A stretch of DNA of 24,793 nucleotides. Source: a virus. Its lineage: Duplodnaviria; Caudoviricetes. Where the stretch lies: positions 1 through 24,793 of IMG/VR virus record IMGVR_UViG_3300010047_000091. The stretch is one strand, 5' to 3'. The notes under the pieces are model-generated. The model worked only from the letters and a program-made list of their open reading frames with translations, had not been told where the DNA came from and made no database searches. Shown piece after piece: positions 1-7,941 of this stretch (position 1 is the first letter of the stretch; every line of letters starts with the position of its first letter). The translations under genes were made by a program, and so were the position numbers.

Positions 1-1533
1 TCCGGGAACGACAACTCTCCGGAGGACGCCGACGCGCAAGTCGAGTCGTGGGACGCGGACGACCCGCGTTGGCGTGACGGGGCGCCGTGGCTGGTCCCGC
101 TGTTGGCGGTGCCGGCCGAGGCGTCGTGGCCGCGGTTCATGTCGGCGCCGCACCCGCGGGCGGTCGGCACGCTGGGCGCCGAGTTTGTGGCGGCGGCGGA
201 GGCGCGCACGGGCGGCGTGCTGCGCTGGTGGCAGCGTCTTGTCGCCTACCGGCTGTTGGAGGTCGACGCGGCGGGCGTGCTCGTGTGGGCGTCGCTCGTG
301 TTGACGATGGCGCGCCAGCTCGGCAAGTCGTGGTTGATCCGGGAACTGTGCTTGTGGCGGCTGCGGGCGGCGGCCCTGTTCGGGGAACCGCAGTTGATCT
401 TGCACACCGGGAAGGACCTCAACATTTGCCGTGAGGTGCAGCGTCCGGCGCGGCGTTGGGCTCGTGAGCGGGGCGACGTGTTCAAGGTCCGGGAGGTGAA
501 CGGGCAGGAGGAAATCCTGTTTGTGCCGGACGATTCGCGGTGGATGATCCGGGCGCGTGACGCCGTGTACGGCTACGGGGCGACGATGCCGGTTGTCGAC
601 GAGGCGTGGAAAGTGGCGGCGAAAGCGGTCGACGACGGGATCGAACCGACGACGGCGGAACGTGAGCAGGCTCAACTACTGCTCGTGTCGACGGCGCACC
701 GGGCGGCGACGACGCTCATGTTGGGGCGGCGGGCGGCGGCGTTGTCGTCCCTGTCGGCGCCCGATGACTGCCTGTTGGTGGAGTGGTCGGCGCCGCGGAC
801 GGTCGACCTCGGCGACGTGTCGGGGTGGCGGGCGGCGTCGCCGCATTGGACACCGAAACGGGAACGGTTGATCCGGGCGGCGTTGACGCGGGCGTTGGCC
901 GGCAACGGCGACGACCCGGACGAACCGGACCCGATCGAGTCGTTCCGGGCGCAGTGGTTGAACCAGTGGCCGGCCCGGTCGGCGCCACCGGTCGCGGTGC
1001 GGGACGAGGCGTTGCTGGCGGACGGCGTGTGGGAGGCGTGCGGGGGCGACGGGGACGCGGCCGGGAACCTGGTCCTCGCGGTGGAGGACTGGTTCGGGCA
1101 CGGCGCCGCCGCGGCCGCGGTGGGCGAACTCGCGGACGGCCGGCTCGTGGTGGGCGGCTGGGAGTTTGACCGGTGGGCGGACGCGTTCGCGTGGGTGGGC
1201 GCGTGGTGCGACATGCGGCCCGGGTCGCGGCTGGTCGTCGGGGCGTCTATGGCAGGCGACCGGTCGGTCCGGGAGGTGGCGGCGACGGTCGTGCCGATGG
1301 GCCGACAGAACACGGCGCACGGGCTGTCGCTGTTGCGTGACCTGGTGGCGGCGGGACAGGTCGTGCATGACGGGTCGCCTGATCTGGCGCGGCAGGTGGC
1401 GCGGGCGCGGGTGACGTCGGGTCCGGGCGGGCTGCGTCTGGGCGAGGCGCGGTCTGACCTGTTGCGCTGCGTCGTGTGGGCGTTGACGGTCGCCGACCGG
1501 GCACGGGGCGCGCCCCCGGTGGCGATCTGGTGA
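1..1533 (+). CDS. Terminase large subunit (5' end probably outside the window)
   Basis: Frame open from base 1; Walker A-like MARQLGKS, Walker B VVDEAW, coupling motif LLVSTA; directly upstream of portal. Confidence 0.93.
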   Translation, partial: SGNDNSPEDADAQVESWDADDPRWRDGAPWLVPLLAVPAEASWPRFMSAPHPRAVGTLGAEFVAAAEARTGGVLRWWQRLVAYRLLEVDAAGVLVWASLVLTMARQLGKSWLIRELCLWRLRAAALFGEPQLILHTGKDLNICREVQRPARRWARERGDVFKVREVNGQEEILFVPDDSRWMIRARDAVYGYGATMPVVDEAWKVAAKAVDDGIEPTTAEREQAQLLLVSTAHRAATTLMLGRRAAALSSLSAPDDCLLVEWSAPRTVDLGDVSGWRAASPHWTPKRERLIRAALTRALAGNGDDPDEPDPIESFRAQWLNQWPARSAPPVAVRDEALLADGVWEACGGDGDAAGNLVLAVEDWFGHGAAAAAVGELADGRLVVGGWEFDRWADAFAWVGAWCDMRPGSRLVVGASMAGDRSVREVAATVVPMGRQNTAHGLSLLRDLVAAGQVVHDGSPDLARQVARARVTSGPGGLRLGEARSDLLRCVVWALTVADRARGAPPVAIW

Positions 1534-2879
1534 AGGTCCGCGACCTCGTGTGGCGGCACGACCCGCGTCCGCACGAGCGGGCGTTCCCCCGTGACGTCCC
1601 CCCGAACGCGAACGACCCGCCGGTCGGGACGGTGGGTCCGAATGTGGCGCCCGGGTTCGGGGACACACACGTCATGTATCCGGCGGAACGGGTGCCGCCG
1701 CAGGCGGTCGCCTGGCAGGGCTGGCCGGTCGGGTGGGCGGTCCCCGAATGGGGTTCGGCGTCGTCGGCCGCGGACGCCGACCGGCTCATGTCGCAGGTCG
1801 ACACGGCGTTCGCGTGCGTGGACTTGAATTCGGCGGTCCTGTCGACGATGCCGGCGTACATGACGCGGGGCGGCGCCGTGATCCCGTCGCTGCCGTGGCT
1901 GGAGAACCCCGAACCCCGCTTCTACACATGCTTTGAGGAATTCGCGAAACAACTTTTCTGGTCGTATCAGCTCGGCGAGGCGTTCGTGTACTGCCTGGCA
2001 CGGGAGGCGAACGACCCGGAACGGGCGCCGTATTGGGACCCGGCCGCGAACCGGGCGAACCATCCGGACGGGTGGCCGACCCGCTTCGTGATCGTCCCGC
2101 CGTGGGACCTCAAAGTCGAATGGGACGACGACCGGCAACGCCGGGTGTACACGTCCGGCGAAAACGACGAGGTCGACCCCCGCGACATCCTCCACGTCCG
2201 CTACGCGTCGTGGCCGCGGGACCCGCGGGGACGCGGTCCCCTCGACGCGGCCCGGACCCGTGTCATTGCCGCCGCCGCCCTGATCCGGTTCACGGGCGAC
2301 CTCGCGTCCCGGGGCGGGGTCCCGTGGGCGGTCATCACCCACCCGGACCGCCTGACCGCGACGCAGGCGGGCGAGCTGCAACAGCAATGGTTGGCGTCCC
2401 GCATGAACGCGCTCGGGCTCCCGGCGGTGATGTCCGGCGGGATCAGTCTGGAGACGTTGCAGGTATCACCCCGCGACATGTCGCTGCACGACCTGTTGAC
2501 GTTCCAAGAGTCCCGGATCGCGGTGCTGTTCGGGGTGCCGCCGTTCCTGGTCGGACTCCCGTCCGGCGGCGACTCCATGACCTACAGCAACGTCTCATCC
2601 CTGTTCGACTACCACTGGCGGGCCGGACTCCGCCCGAAAGCGCAACCCGTCATGTCGGCCCTGTCGGGGTGGGCGACATTCGCCGGCACCCGCGTCGAAC
2701 TCAACCGCGACGAGTACGTCCGCCCCGGGTTGAACGAACGGGCGCAGGCGTACGCCATGTTGCACGGGATCGAAGACGAAACCGGGCGGGCGATGACCGT
2801 CGCCGAGATTCGGGAACGGGAACGGTTCAACGGTCCGCCGTCGCCGGTCGGGCTCACCTCGGGAAGCGGAGGTGCGTGA
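1530..2879 (+). CDS. HK97-family portal protein (~449 aa)
   Basis: GTG overlaps the terminase TGA (GTGA); motifs AFACVDL, LGEAFVY, DILHVRY, GRGPL, IAVLFGVPPFLVG, TYSN, MTVAEIRERE. Confidence 0.95.
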   Translation: MKVRDLVWRHDPRPHERAFPRDVPPNANDPPVGTVGPNVAPGFGDTHVMYPAERVPPQAVAWQGWPVGWAVPEWGSASSAADADRLMSQVDTAFACVDLNSAVLSTMPAYMTRGGAVIPSLPWLENPEPRFYTCFEEFAKQLFWSYQLGEAFVYCLAREANDPERAPYWDPAANRANHPDGWPTRFVIVPPWDLKVEWDDDRQRRVYTSGENDEVDPRDILHVRYASWPRDPRGRGPLDAARTRVIAAAALIRFTGDLASRGGVPWAVITHPDRLTATQAGELQQQWLASRMNALGLPAVMSGGISLETLQVSPRDMSLHDLLTFQESRIAVLFGVPPFLVGLPSGGDSMTYSNVSSLFDYHWRAGLRPKAQPVMSALSGWATFAGTRVELNRDEYVRPGLNERAQAYAMLHGIEDETGRAMTVAEIRERERFNGPPSPVGLTSGSGGA

Positions 2880-3511
2880 TGCTGCACCATCGGGCGTTCA
2901 CTCTCACCGACCTCGACGTCGGCGGCACGGACGGCCGCACCGTGGTCGGGTGCGCCGTCCCGTTCGACCGGCCGACGCCGATCACCGAACGGATAGGGGA
3001 CCGGCTCATCCGGTACACGGAGACGTTCGTCCGCGGGTCGTTCGACCGTGCCGCCGCGGTCCCGCACCGGGTCACCTTCGTCTACGGACACTCGGATTCG
3101 TTCACGGAACGCCTCGGGCACGCCTCGTGTTTCGACCAGTCGGGCGACCGGCTCATGGTTGAGCTACGCCTCGACCAGTCGCGGGCGGAACAGGCTCGGG
3201 ACGCGCTCACGTCGTCGCATGGGGCGTTGTCGATCGGGTTCACGTCGATCGACCCGCGGCCCTACAGCGAACGCGACGGCGCCAACGTGATCCGCCGCGC
3301 CGTGCATCTGTTCCATATCGCCGCCGTCCCGAAAGGCGCGTACGAGGATGCCGCGGTGACCGCGATCCGGTCCGACGCCGACGAGTTAGCCGAACTCGAC
3401 GCCGACGAAGCGGAACGAAACAGGGTGAATCACGTCCGTTCGTTACAGGTCGTGGCGGAAATCGACCGTTTGATTGCGTCGCAAGACGAATGGCGGTCCC
3501 GAATCGCTTGA
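2879..3511 (+). CDS. HK97-family prohead (maturation) protease (~210 aa)
   Basis: Start overlaps portal stop; GRTVVGCAVPFD, ETFVRGSF, catalytic His (YGHS) and Ser (LSIGF) motifs; C-terminal part of track ORF 2033..3511. Confidence 0.92.
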   Translation: MLHHRAFTLTDLDVGGTDGRTVVGCAVPFDRPTPITERIGDRLIRYTETFVRGSFDRAAAVPHRVTFVYGHSDSFTERLGHASCFDQSGDRLMVELRLDQSRAEQARDALTSSHGALSIGFTSIDPRPYSERDGANVIRRAVHLFHIAAVPKGAYEDAAVTAIRSDADELAELDADEAERNRVNHVRSLQVVAEIDRLIASQDEWRSRIA

Positions 3512-3549
3512 TTCCCCGTCGCCCCCGGGTGTAGGGGTGAATGGACAAC

Positions 3550-3638
3550 TGCGGCGACACCTCGCCCGTGTTTGTGCGGGAACACCTCGCTAACGATTGC
3601 GGCGACACCTTCCCGACCAGCGGTGCCGACACCTCGCT
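3550..3638 (+). repeat. Four imperfect direct repeats, consensus TGCGGCGACACCTCGC, about 24-bp period, in the capsid gene leader
   Basis: ACACCT cores at 3557, 3582, 3605 and 3629 (spacing 25, 23, 24). Confidence 0.85.
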
Positions 3639-3667
3639 CCGAGAACCGGAACGAACGAGGTCGACAC

Positions 3668-4960
3668 ATGCCCGCAGACGCCGCCATTCAAGACCCGATG
3701 ACGCAACGCCTCGTCGCCCAGCGCGAGCAGTTGGTCGCCCGAGTCGAGTCGATCAAAGACACCGCCAACGAGCAAGGCGAAGGCGGTCACGGCCGCGACC
3801 TCAACGCCGACGAGGCGGCGGCGGTCGAAGCGGCATCCAAGCGCGTGAAGGAAATCGACGACCAGCTCGACCTACTGGTCCGCGATTGGGACCTCGACGA
3901 CGCCATGACGGACCGGCTCGCCCGTCTCACCCCCGGAAACCAGGCCACACAGACGCAGTACCGGACCGCGGGCGAGGTCGTGTGGGACATGCTCCACCGC
4001 TACGACGACCGCGAAGCGGGACGCCGGTTCGACCGGCTCATGAAGCGTGCCGCCGAACACATGGGGACCTCGGCGGCGGCGACCGTGCCCGTCGCGGGCG
4101 GGTTCGAAGGCGTCGTCGTCAAACCGGTCGTCGGACCCGTGATCGACATTCGCCCCCAGGGCCGGCCGTTCCTCACCGCGATCGGCGTGCAGGACTCGCC
4201 GACGTCGCTCATGTTCATGCGGCCCCGGATCGTCGACCCGAACTTCGAAACCGGGGTCGGCCCCCAGGCGAAAGAGAAAGCCGAACTCGTTTCGAAGCAT
4301 TTCAACGTGCTCGCCGACACCGTCTCCCTCGTGACGGTCGGCGGCTACTTGAACGTCTCCGAACAGCTCCGTGCGTTCGTCGCCGGGTCCCTCGACGTGA
4401 TCGTGTCGCAGTTGAACCGGCGTCTCGCCAACGCCACCGAAGCGGCCGCGATCGACGAACTCGAAAAGTCGACTGCGAAGGTCCCGCTCGCCGCGGGCGC
4501 CGACGCCGCCGCCATCCTCGCCGCCATCTATGACGCCTCCGCGCTCGTGTACGCCAACACGGGACAGATGGCGACATGGATCGCGATGGGGCCGAAAGGC
4601 TGGGCGCGCCTCGGGTCCCTGGTCGACCTCGCGAACCGGCCCCTCTTCCCGTTCCTCGGCGCGTCGAACGCGCTCGGCGCCGCCCGCGCCGACCAGCTCG
4701 GGTTCAACGCCGGCCCCGCCGGACTTACGCCCATCGTCACGCCCGCGCTCACCGACGACACGTTCTGGGTGGGCAACGCGCTCGCGCTGGAGGCGTACGA
4801 GTACCGCTATCCGCTCATGGAGGCGTTGGAACCGTCCCTGCTCGGTCGGCAGGTCGCGGTCGCGTCGTCGATCGGGTTCTACCGGCCCACCACGAAAGAA
4901 GCCGGTCCGGGCGGCACCCCGCCGGCCGAGGGTTCCGGCGCCGTCCACATCGCCCCGTGA
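3668..4960 (+). CDS. Major capsid protein, HK97 fold with N-terminal delta/scaffold-like coiled coil (~430 aa)
   Basis: GAGG RBS before ATG 3668; N-terminal GRDLNADE..A coiled coil; VGPQAKEKAEL, VTVGGYLNVSEQL, LVDLANRPLF; position after protease. Confidence 0.92.
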   Translation: MPADAAIQDPMTQRLVAQREQLVARVESIKDTANEQGEGGHGRDLNADEAAAVEAASKRVKEIDDQLDLLVRDWDLDDAMTDRLARLTPGNQATQTQYRTAGEVVWDMLHRYDDREAGRRFDRLMKRAAEHMGTSAAATVPVAGGFEGVVVKPVVGPVIDIRPQGRPFLTAIGVQDSPTSLMFMRPRIVDPNFETGVGPQAKEKAELVSKHFNVLADTVSLVTVGGYLNVSEQLRAFVAGSLDVIVSQLNRRLANATEAAAIDELEKSTAKVPLAAGADAAAILAAIYDASALVYANTGQMATWIAMGPKGWARLGSLVDLANRPLFPFLGASNALGAARADQLGFNAGPAGLTPIVTPALTDDTFWVGNALALEAYEYRYPLMEALEPSLLGRQVAVASSIGFYRPTTKEAGPGGTPPAEGSGAVHIAP

Positions 4961-4971
4961 GAGGTCGCGTC

Positions 4972-5082
4972 ATGACTGCACTCAATCGCACCGCAGCGTT
5001 CGGGACCGGCGAAGACGACGGTTATCCCGACGACGCCACCAACGGGAACGAACCCCCGCCCGACGAGGACGAGGACGAGTGA
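4972..5082 (+). CDS. 36-aa acidic peptide (MTALNRT...PPPDEDEDE)
   Basis: GAGAGG RBS; its TGA overlaps the GTG of the next gene; fills the gap exactly. Confidence 0.65.
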   Translation: MTALNRTAAFGTGEDDGYPDDATNGNEPPPDEDEDE

Positions 5083-5585
5083 CCGACTTCTTTCGGCTTG
5101 CGGGGACGTACGACCAGTCGTACCCGCCGTCACTCTGGGGCGGCGGCGGGACGCCGGCCGGACCACCCGTCGTCATCCTGTCGCTGTCCCCGAACCCGGC
5201 GACGACCGGAACCGGAGTGTCCATCGTCGTCGAAGGCGAACTACTGGGCGCCGCGGTGATGATCGGTGCCGCCGGACCGTTCTCCCCGCAGGCGACGGCC
5301 GAAGGTGCCAACACGCGGCTTGACGTGACGTTCGGCGGGCTCGTCAACGCGGGCACGTGGGACGTGGTCGTCACGGGTAGCGGGCGGGACCCTTCGGCGC
5401 CCTGGCCGCTCACTGTCACTGTCGGCGCGTTCGACCCGGGGGCGTACACGATCCCCGACGTGCTCGCCTACGTCGACGCGCACCCCGACGAACTCGCCGC
5501 GGTCCGCGACGCCGAATACAACGGGAAAGCGCGGGTCACTCTGCTCGACGAGCTGGACGCCCGCCTCGCGGGAACGCCCGCCTAA
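5079..5585 (+). CDS. Virion accessory protein: IPT/TIG Ig-like domain plus small C-terminal helical domain (~168 aa)
   Basis: PVVILSLSPNP...TGVSIVVEG...AGTWDVVVT is an IPT/TIG-like pattern; C-terminal FDPGAYTIPDVLAYVD...AEYNGKARVTLL helical module. Confidence 0.75.
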   Translation: MTDFFRLAGTYDQSYPPSLWGGGGTPAGPPVVILSLSPNPATTGTGVSIVVEGELLGAAVMIGAAGPFSPQATAEGANTRLDVTFGGLVNAGTWDVVVTGSGRDPSAPWPLTVTVGAFDPGAYTIPDVLAYVDAHPDELAAVRDAEYNGKARVTLLDELDARLAGTPA

Positions 5586-5951
5586 ATGGGCGGTCCCCGA
5601 ACCCTGCTACTCCCGTGGGACCAGGAAACGATCGCGGCCCGGGCGCTCGACATCCTCCGTATCAACGCGGGCGGGATCGACGCCGCCCGCGTTGAAGCGT
5701 TCGTCGCCGACGCGGTCGAACTCTGCGAGACGTTCATAGACCCGTGCGTCGCGTGGGACGCCGTCCCGCCCCCGTGCGAAACCGCGGCCGTCAACGTCAC
5801 GATTGAGCTGTACCGCCGCAAAGACGCCCCGTTCGGGGTCACCAACGCGTGGTCCGACACCGATTACGGCCCCGTCCGGATCGGGTCCGACTGGTTGAAC
5901 AGCGTCCGCTACCTCCTGTTGCCGTACAAATGCGGCTGGGGGATCGGGTGA
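5586..5951 (+). CDS. Head-tail adaptor (HK97 gp6/SPP1 gp15-like)
   Basis: 121 aa; AAVNVTIELYRRKDAPFGV...VRYLLLPY motif typical of actinophage adaptors; position. Confidence 0.85.
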   Translation: MGGPRTLLLPWDQETIAARALDILRINAGGIDAARVEAFVADAVELCETFIDPCVAWDAVPPPCETAAVNVTIELYRRKDAPFGVTNAWSDTDYGPVRIGSDWLNSVRYLLLPYKCGWGIG

Positions 5952-6382
5952 CCCGCCTCGACGACACCCGCCAGGCGTTACACGCCGCGCTCGCCTCCGC
6001 GCTCCCGTACGCGCCCGACCGCGCCCACGCGGTGCCACCCGACCAGATTGTCGCCCCCTGCATGTGGGTCGACGTCCCCTCCATCCGGGTCGACGACCTC
6101 GGGCGCGGCGCCCAATTCGTCGTGTCGACGTGGCCGCTCTATCTCGTGGTCGACGGCGCCGACCCCGTGCAAGTCGCATGGCTCGACGACGGCGTCGCTC
6201 GCATGTGGGACCAGCTCGACGCGCTCCCGTACACGACCGCCGTCGCCGGCAACCCGACCGCGATCGACGCCGGCACGGGGGTCGGGACGTCGCTGCGCGC
6301 CTACGTCATCACAGTCGACGTCCAACACATGGCACGCACTCTCTGTCTTCCGAAACTCGCTACCGCCAACCCCGGGGGTTAA
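5948..6382 (+). CDS. Putative tail terminator/completion protein (~144 aa)
   Basis: GTGA overlap; R.ALHAAL...PPDQIVAPCMWV...AYVITVDV pattern; directly before major tail gene. Confidence 0.7.
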   Translation: MTRLDDTRQALHAALASALPYAPDRAHAVPPDQIVAPCMWVDVPSIRVDDLGRGAQFVVSTWPLYLVVDGADPVQVAWLDDGVARMWDQLDALPYTTAVAGNPTAIDAGTGVGTSLRAYVITVDVQHMARTLCLPKLATANPGG

Positions 6383-6387
6383 CCCAC

Positions 6388-7005
6388 ATGGCCGATCCCG
6401 TGATCTTTCAAATAGAAGACGGCGTCGTCGCGTTCGACATCGTCGACCCGTCCGCGGTCGGGTACCTCGACTCGTGGCAGGCACCCGGCGGCAAGACCGC
6501 GCTCACCGCGATGGTTTCCGATTACGACGTCAACGGTGCCGGGTGGAAATGCCAAGTCACCTCCGGTGCGCTCACCGCGTCCGCCAACACGAACGACACG
6601 GAGGTCCCCGCGACGTTCTGCTCGCCCGCCAAGACGGTCCCCCAACCCGGCGAGACGTCCTACTCGCTCGACCTCTCCGTCTTGCAGGACCCGAACGTGT
6701 CGACGGGCCTGTCCCGCTTCCTGTTCGAACACGACACCGAAGAGGCCTACTTCCTGTTGGGCGGCGACGGGGACGAACCGCCCCGGGCGATCGGGCGATG
6801 CCGCATCATCGCCGGCGCGTTCCTCGGCGAAGCCCGCGCCACGCTCACGACCGACGTTTCGATGCCCGTTTCCCGCAAGCCTGACATCGCGTTCGGCAAC
6901 GCGACCACGAACGTGATCGTCGGCGGCGACGGCACCATCACGCCGCCCACCACACTCGCCGCCTCCGGTGCCTCGTCGGGGTCGTCGTCGTCCTCGACGC
7001 CGTGA
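6388..7005 (+). CDS. Major tail (tube) protein (~205 aa)
   Basis: WKCQVTSGALT...VPATFC...YSLDLSVLQD...GLSRFLFEH beta-rich tube-protein pattern; position. Confidence 0.85.
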   Translation: MADPVIFQIEDGVVAFDIVDPSAVGYLDSWQAPGGKTALTAMVSDYDVNGAGWKCQVTSGALTASANTNDTEVPATFCSPAKTVPQPGETSYSLDLSVLQDPNVSTGLSRFLFEHDTEEAYFLLGGDGDEPPRAIGRCRIIAGAFLGEARATLTTDVSMPVSRKPDIAFGNATTNVIVGGDGTITPPTTLAASGASSGSSSSSTP

Positions 7006-7487
7006 CCTCGCTAGAGGAATTCCGGGCGGAATTCGACCAGTGGCGTGACGCGATCGACAAAGCCAATCGGGCCGCGGTGTCGAAGTCGGCACTGGAGGTC
7101 ACCCGGATCATTCGCGCCAACATCTCCGCGGCCACCCACGGCACAAACCGGCTCTCCGGGGTTGGCCGCGGCGGCGCCCGGGTGGGCGCCCGGTACGACC
7201 TCAAAGGGACCGTCAACCCAACCGCGCTCATCCGGGCGACCGGTCCCGTTCACCTCTTGGAACGGGGGCGACGCGGCGGCTACCTGATCGAACCGCGGCG
7301 CCGCGGCCGCGGCGGGCGGGGTCGGCGGCGGGCGCTCTACTTCGACGGCATCTATGCGACCCACGCACGGCCCGGACCCGTGGCCGGCACACGGCCGTTC
7401 GGCCGCGGGGTCGACGCCGGCATACCGAAAGCGGCGCAGACGTTCCAAGACGTTCACGCGGCCACGATGCGGCGGCACTTCGGGTGA
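7002..7487 (+). CDS. HK97 gp10-like basic neck/tail-completion protein
   Basis: GPVHLLERG and PGPVAGTRPFGRGV motifs; Arg-rich; GTGA overlaps on both sides. Confidence 0.7.
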   Translation: MTSLEEFRAEFDQWRDAIDKANRAAVSKSALEVTRIIRANISAATHGTNRLSGVGRGGARVGARYDLKGTVNPTALIRATGPVHLLERGRRGGYLIEPRRRGRGGRGRRRALYFDGIYATHARPGPVAGTRPFGRGVDAGIPKAAQTFQDVHAATMRRHFG

Positions 7488-7885
7488 GCTGGACCGTCAC
7501 CTACCGGGGCGTCACCTACTCGTCTCTGGACCTCACACTCGACGAGGTCGAAGCAATGGAGAACATCGCGGGCGTGTCGTGGGCGCGCCTCAACCCGACC
7601 ACCAACATCGCCGCCGCCAAAGCGTTCCTAGCCGTGTTCCTCATGCGTGACGGCGTCGCCGACGCCGACCTCACCAAACAGCTCGGCGAAGTCACGTTGC
7701 GGGACCTCGCGGGCGCGCTCGTGTGGGTCGACGACCCGCCGCCCGTCCCGCCGCCCACCAAACGCGGCAAGAAAGGCGGACACGCACTGGACCCTACGAA
7801 CGGGGAGCGTTCGTCGCCTCGTGGGTCGGATGGGGCGCCGAACGTTACGGATGGCCGCCCGACGTCTGTCGGCGCCAGCGGATAA
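7484..7885 (+). CDS. Tail assembly chaperone (gpG-like)
   Basis: Between tail tube region and tape measure; DLTLDEVEAMENIAGVSW motif; low-complexity tail after LDPT. Confidence 0.8.
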   Translation: MSWTVTYRGVTYSSLDLTLDEVEAMENIAGVSWARLNPTTNIAAAKAFLAVFLMRDGVADADLTKQLGEVTLRDLAGALVWVDDPPPVPPPTKRGKKGGHALDPTNGERSSPRGSDGAPNVTDGRPTSVGASG

Positions 7886-7938
7886 GGGACCTGTTCGGGC
7901 TCGTGGACATGCTCAACGCCGACGCCCGGGGCCGGTAG
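7789..7938 (+). CDS. Frameshift extension of tail chaperone (gpT-like), -1 frame
   Basis: The -1 frame reads GPYERGAFVASWVGWGAERYGWPPDVCRRQRIRDLFGLVDMLNADARGR*, stops 3 nt before the tape measure ATG and has no convincing start of its own. Confidence 0.7.
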   Translation, partial: GPYERGAFVASWVGWGAERYGWPPDVCRRQRIRDLFGLVDMLNADARGR

Positions 7939-7941
7939 ACG

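Noticed and set aside
672-2387. 571-aa minus-strand ORF and many other long overlapping ORFs (e.g. 16620..18314, 14138..15379, 3872..4948)
   Set aside because: Antisense or alternate-frame shadows of motif-bearing genes in high-GC DNA; Arg/Pro-rich with no motifs
3508-3538. TTGATT...TAGGGG as a capsid promoter
   Set aside because: The -10 lacks the conserved final T; support too weak
3550-3638. Mini CRISPR array
   Set aside because: Repeats are short and degenerate, with only about 8-12 nt between them; no cas operon
4945-5585. Capsid frameshift fusing the acidic peptide or Ig-like protein (both alternative frames are open across the capsid stop)
   Set aside because: Capsid ends CCG TGA rather than the known CCC-stop shift site; downstream genes have their own RBS/coupling; the bridging +1 frame is an Arg-rich shadow
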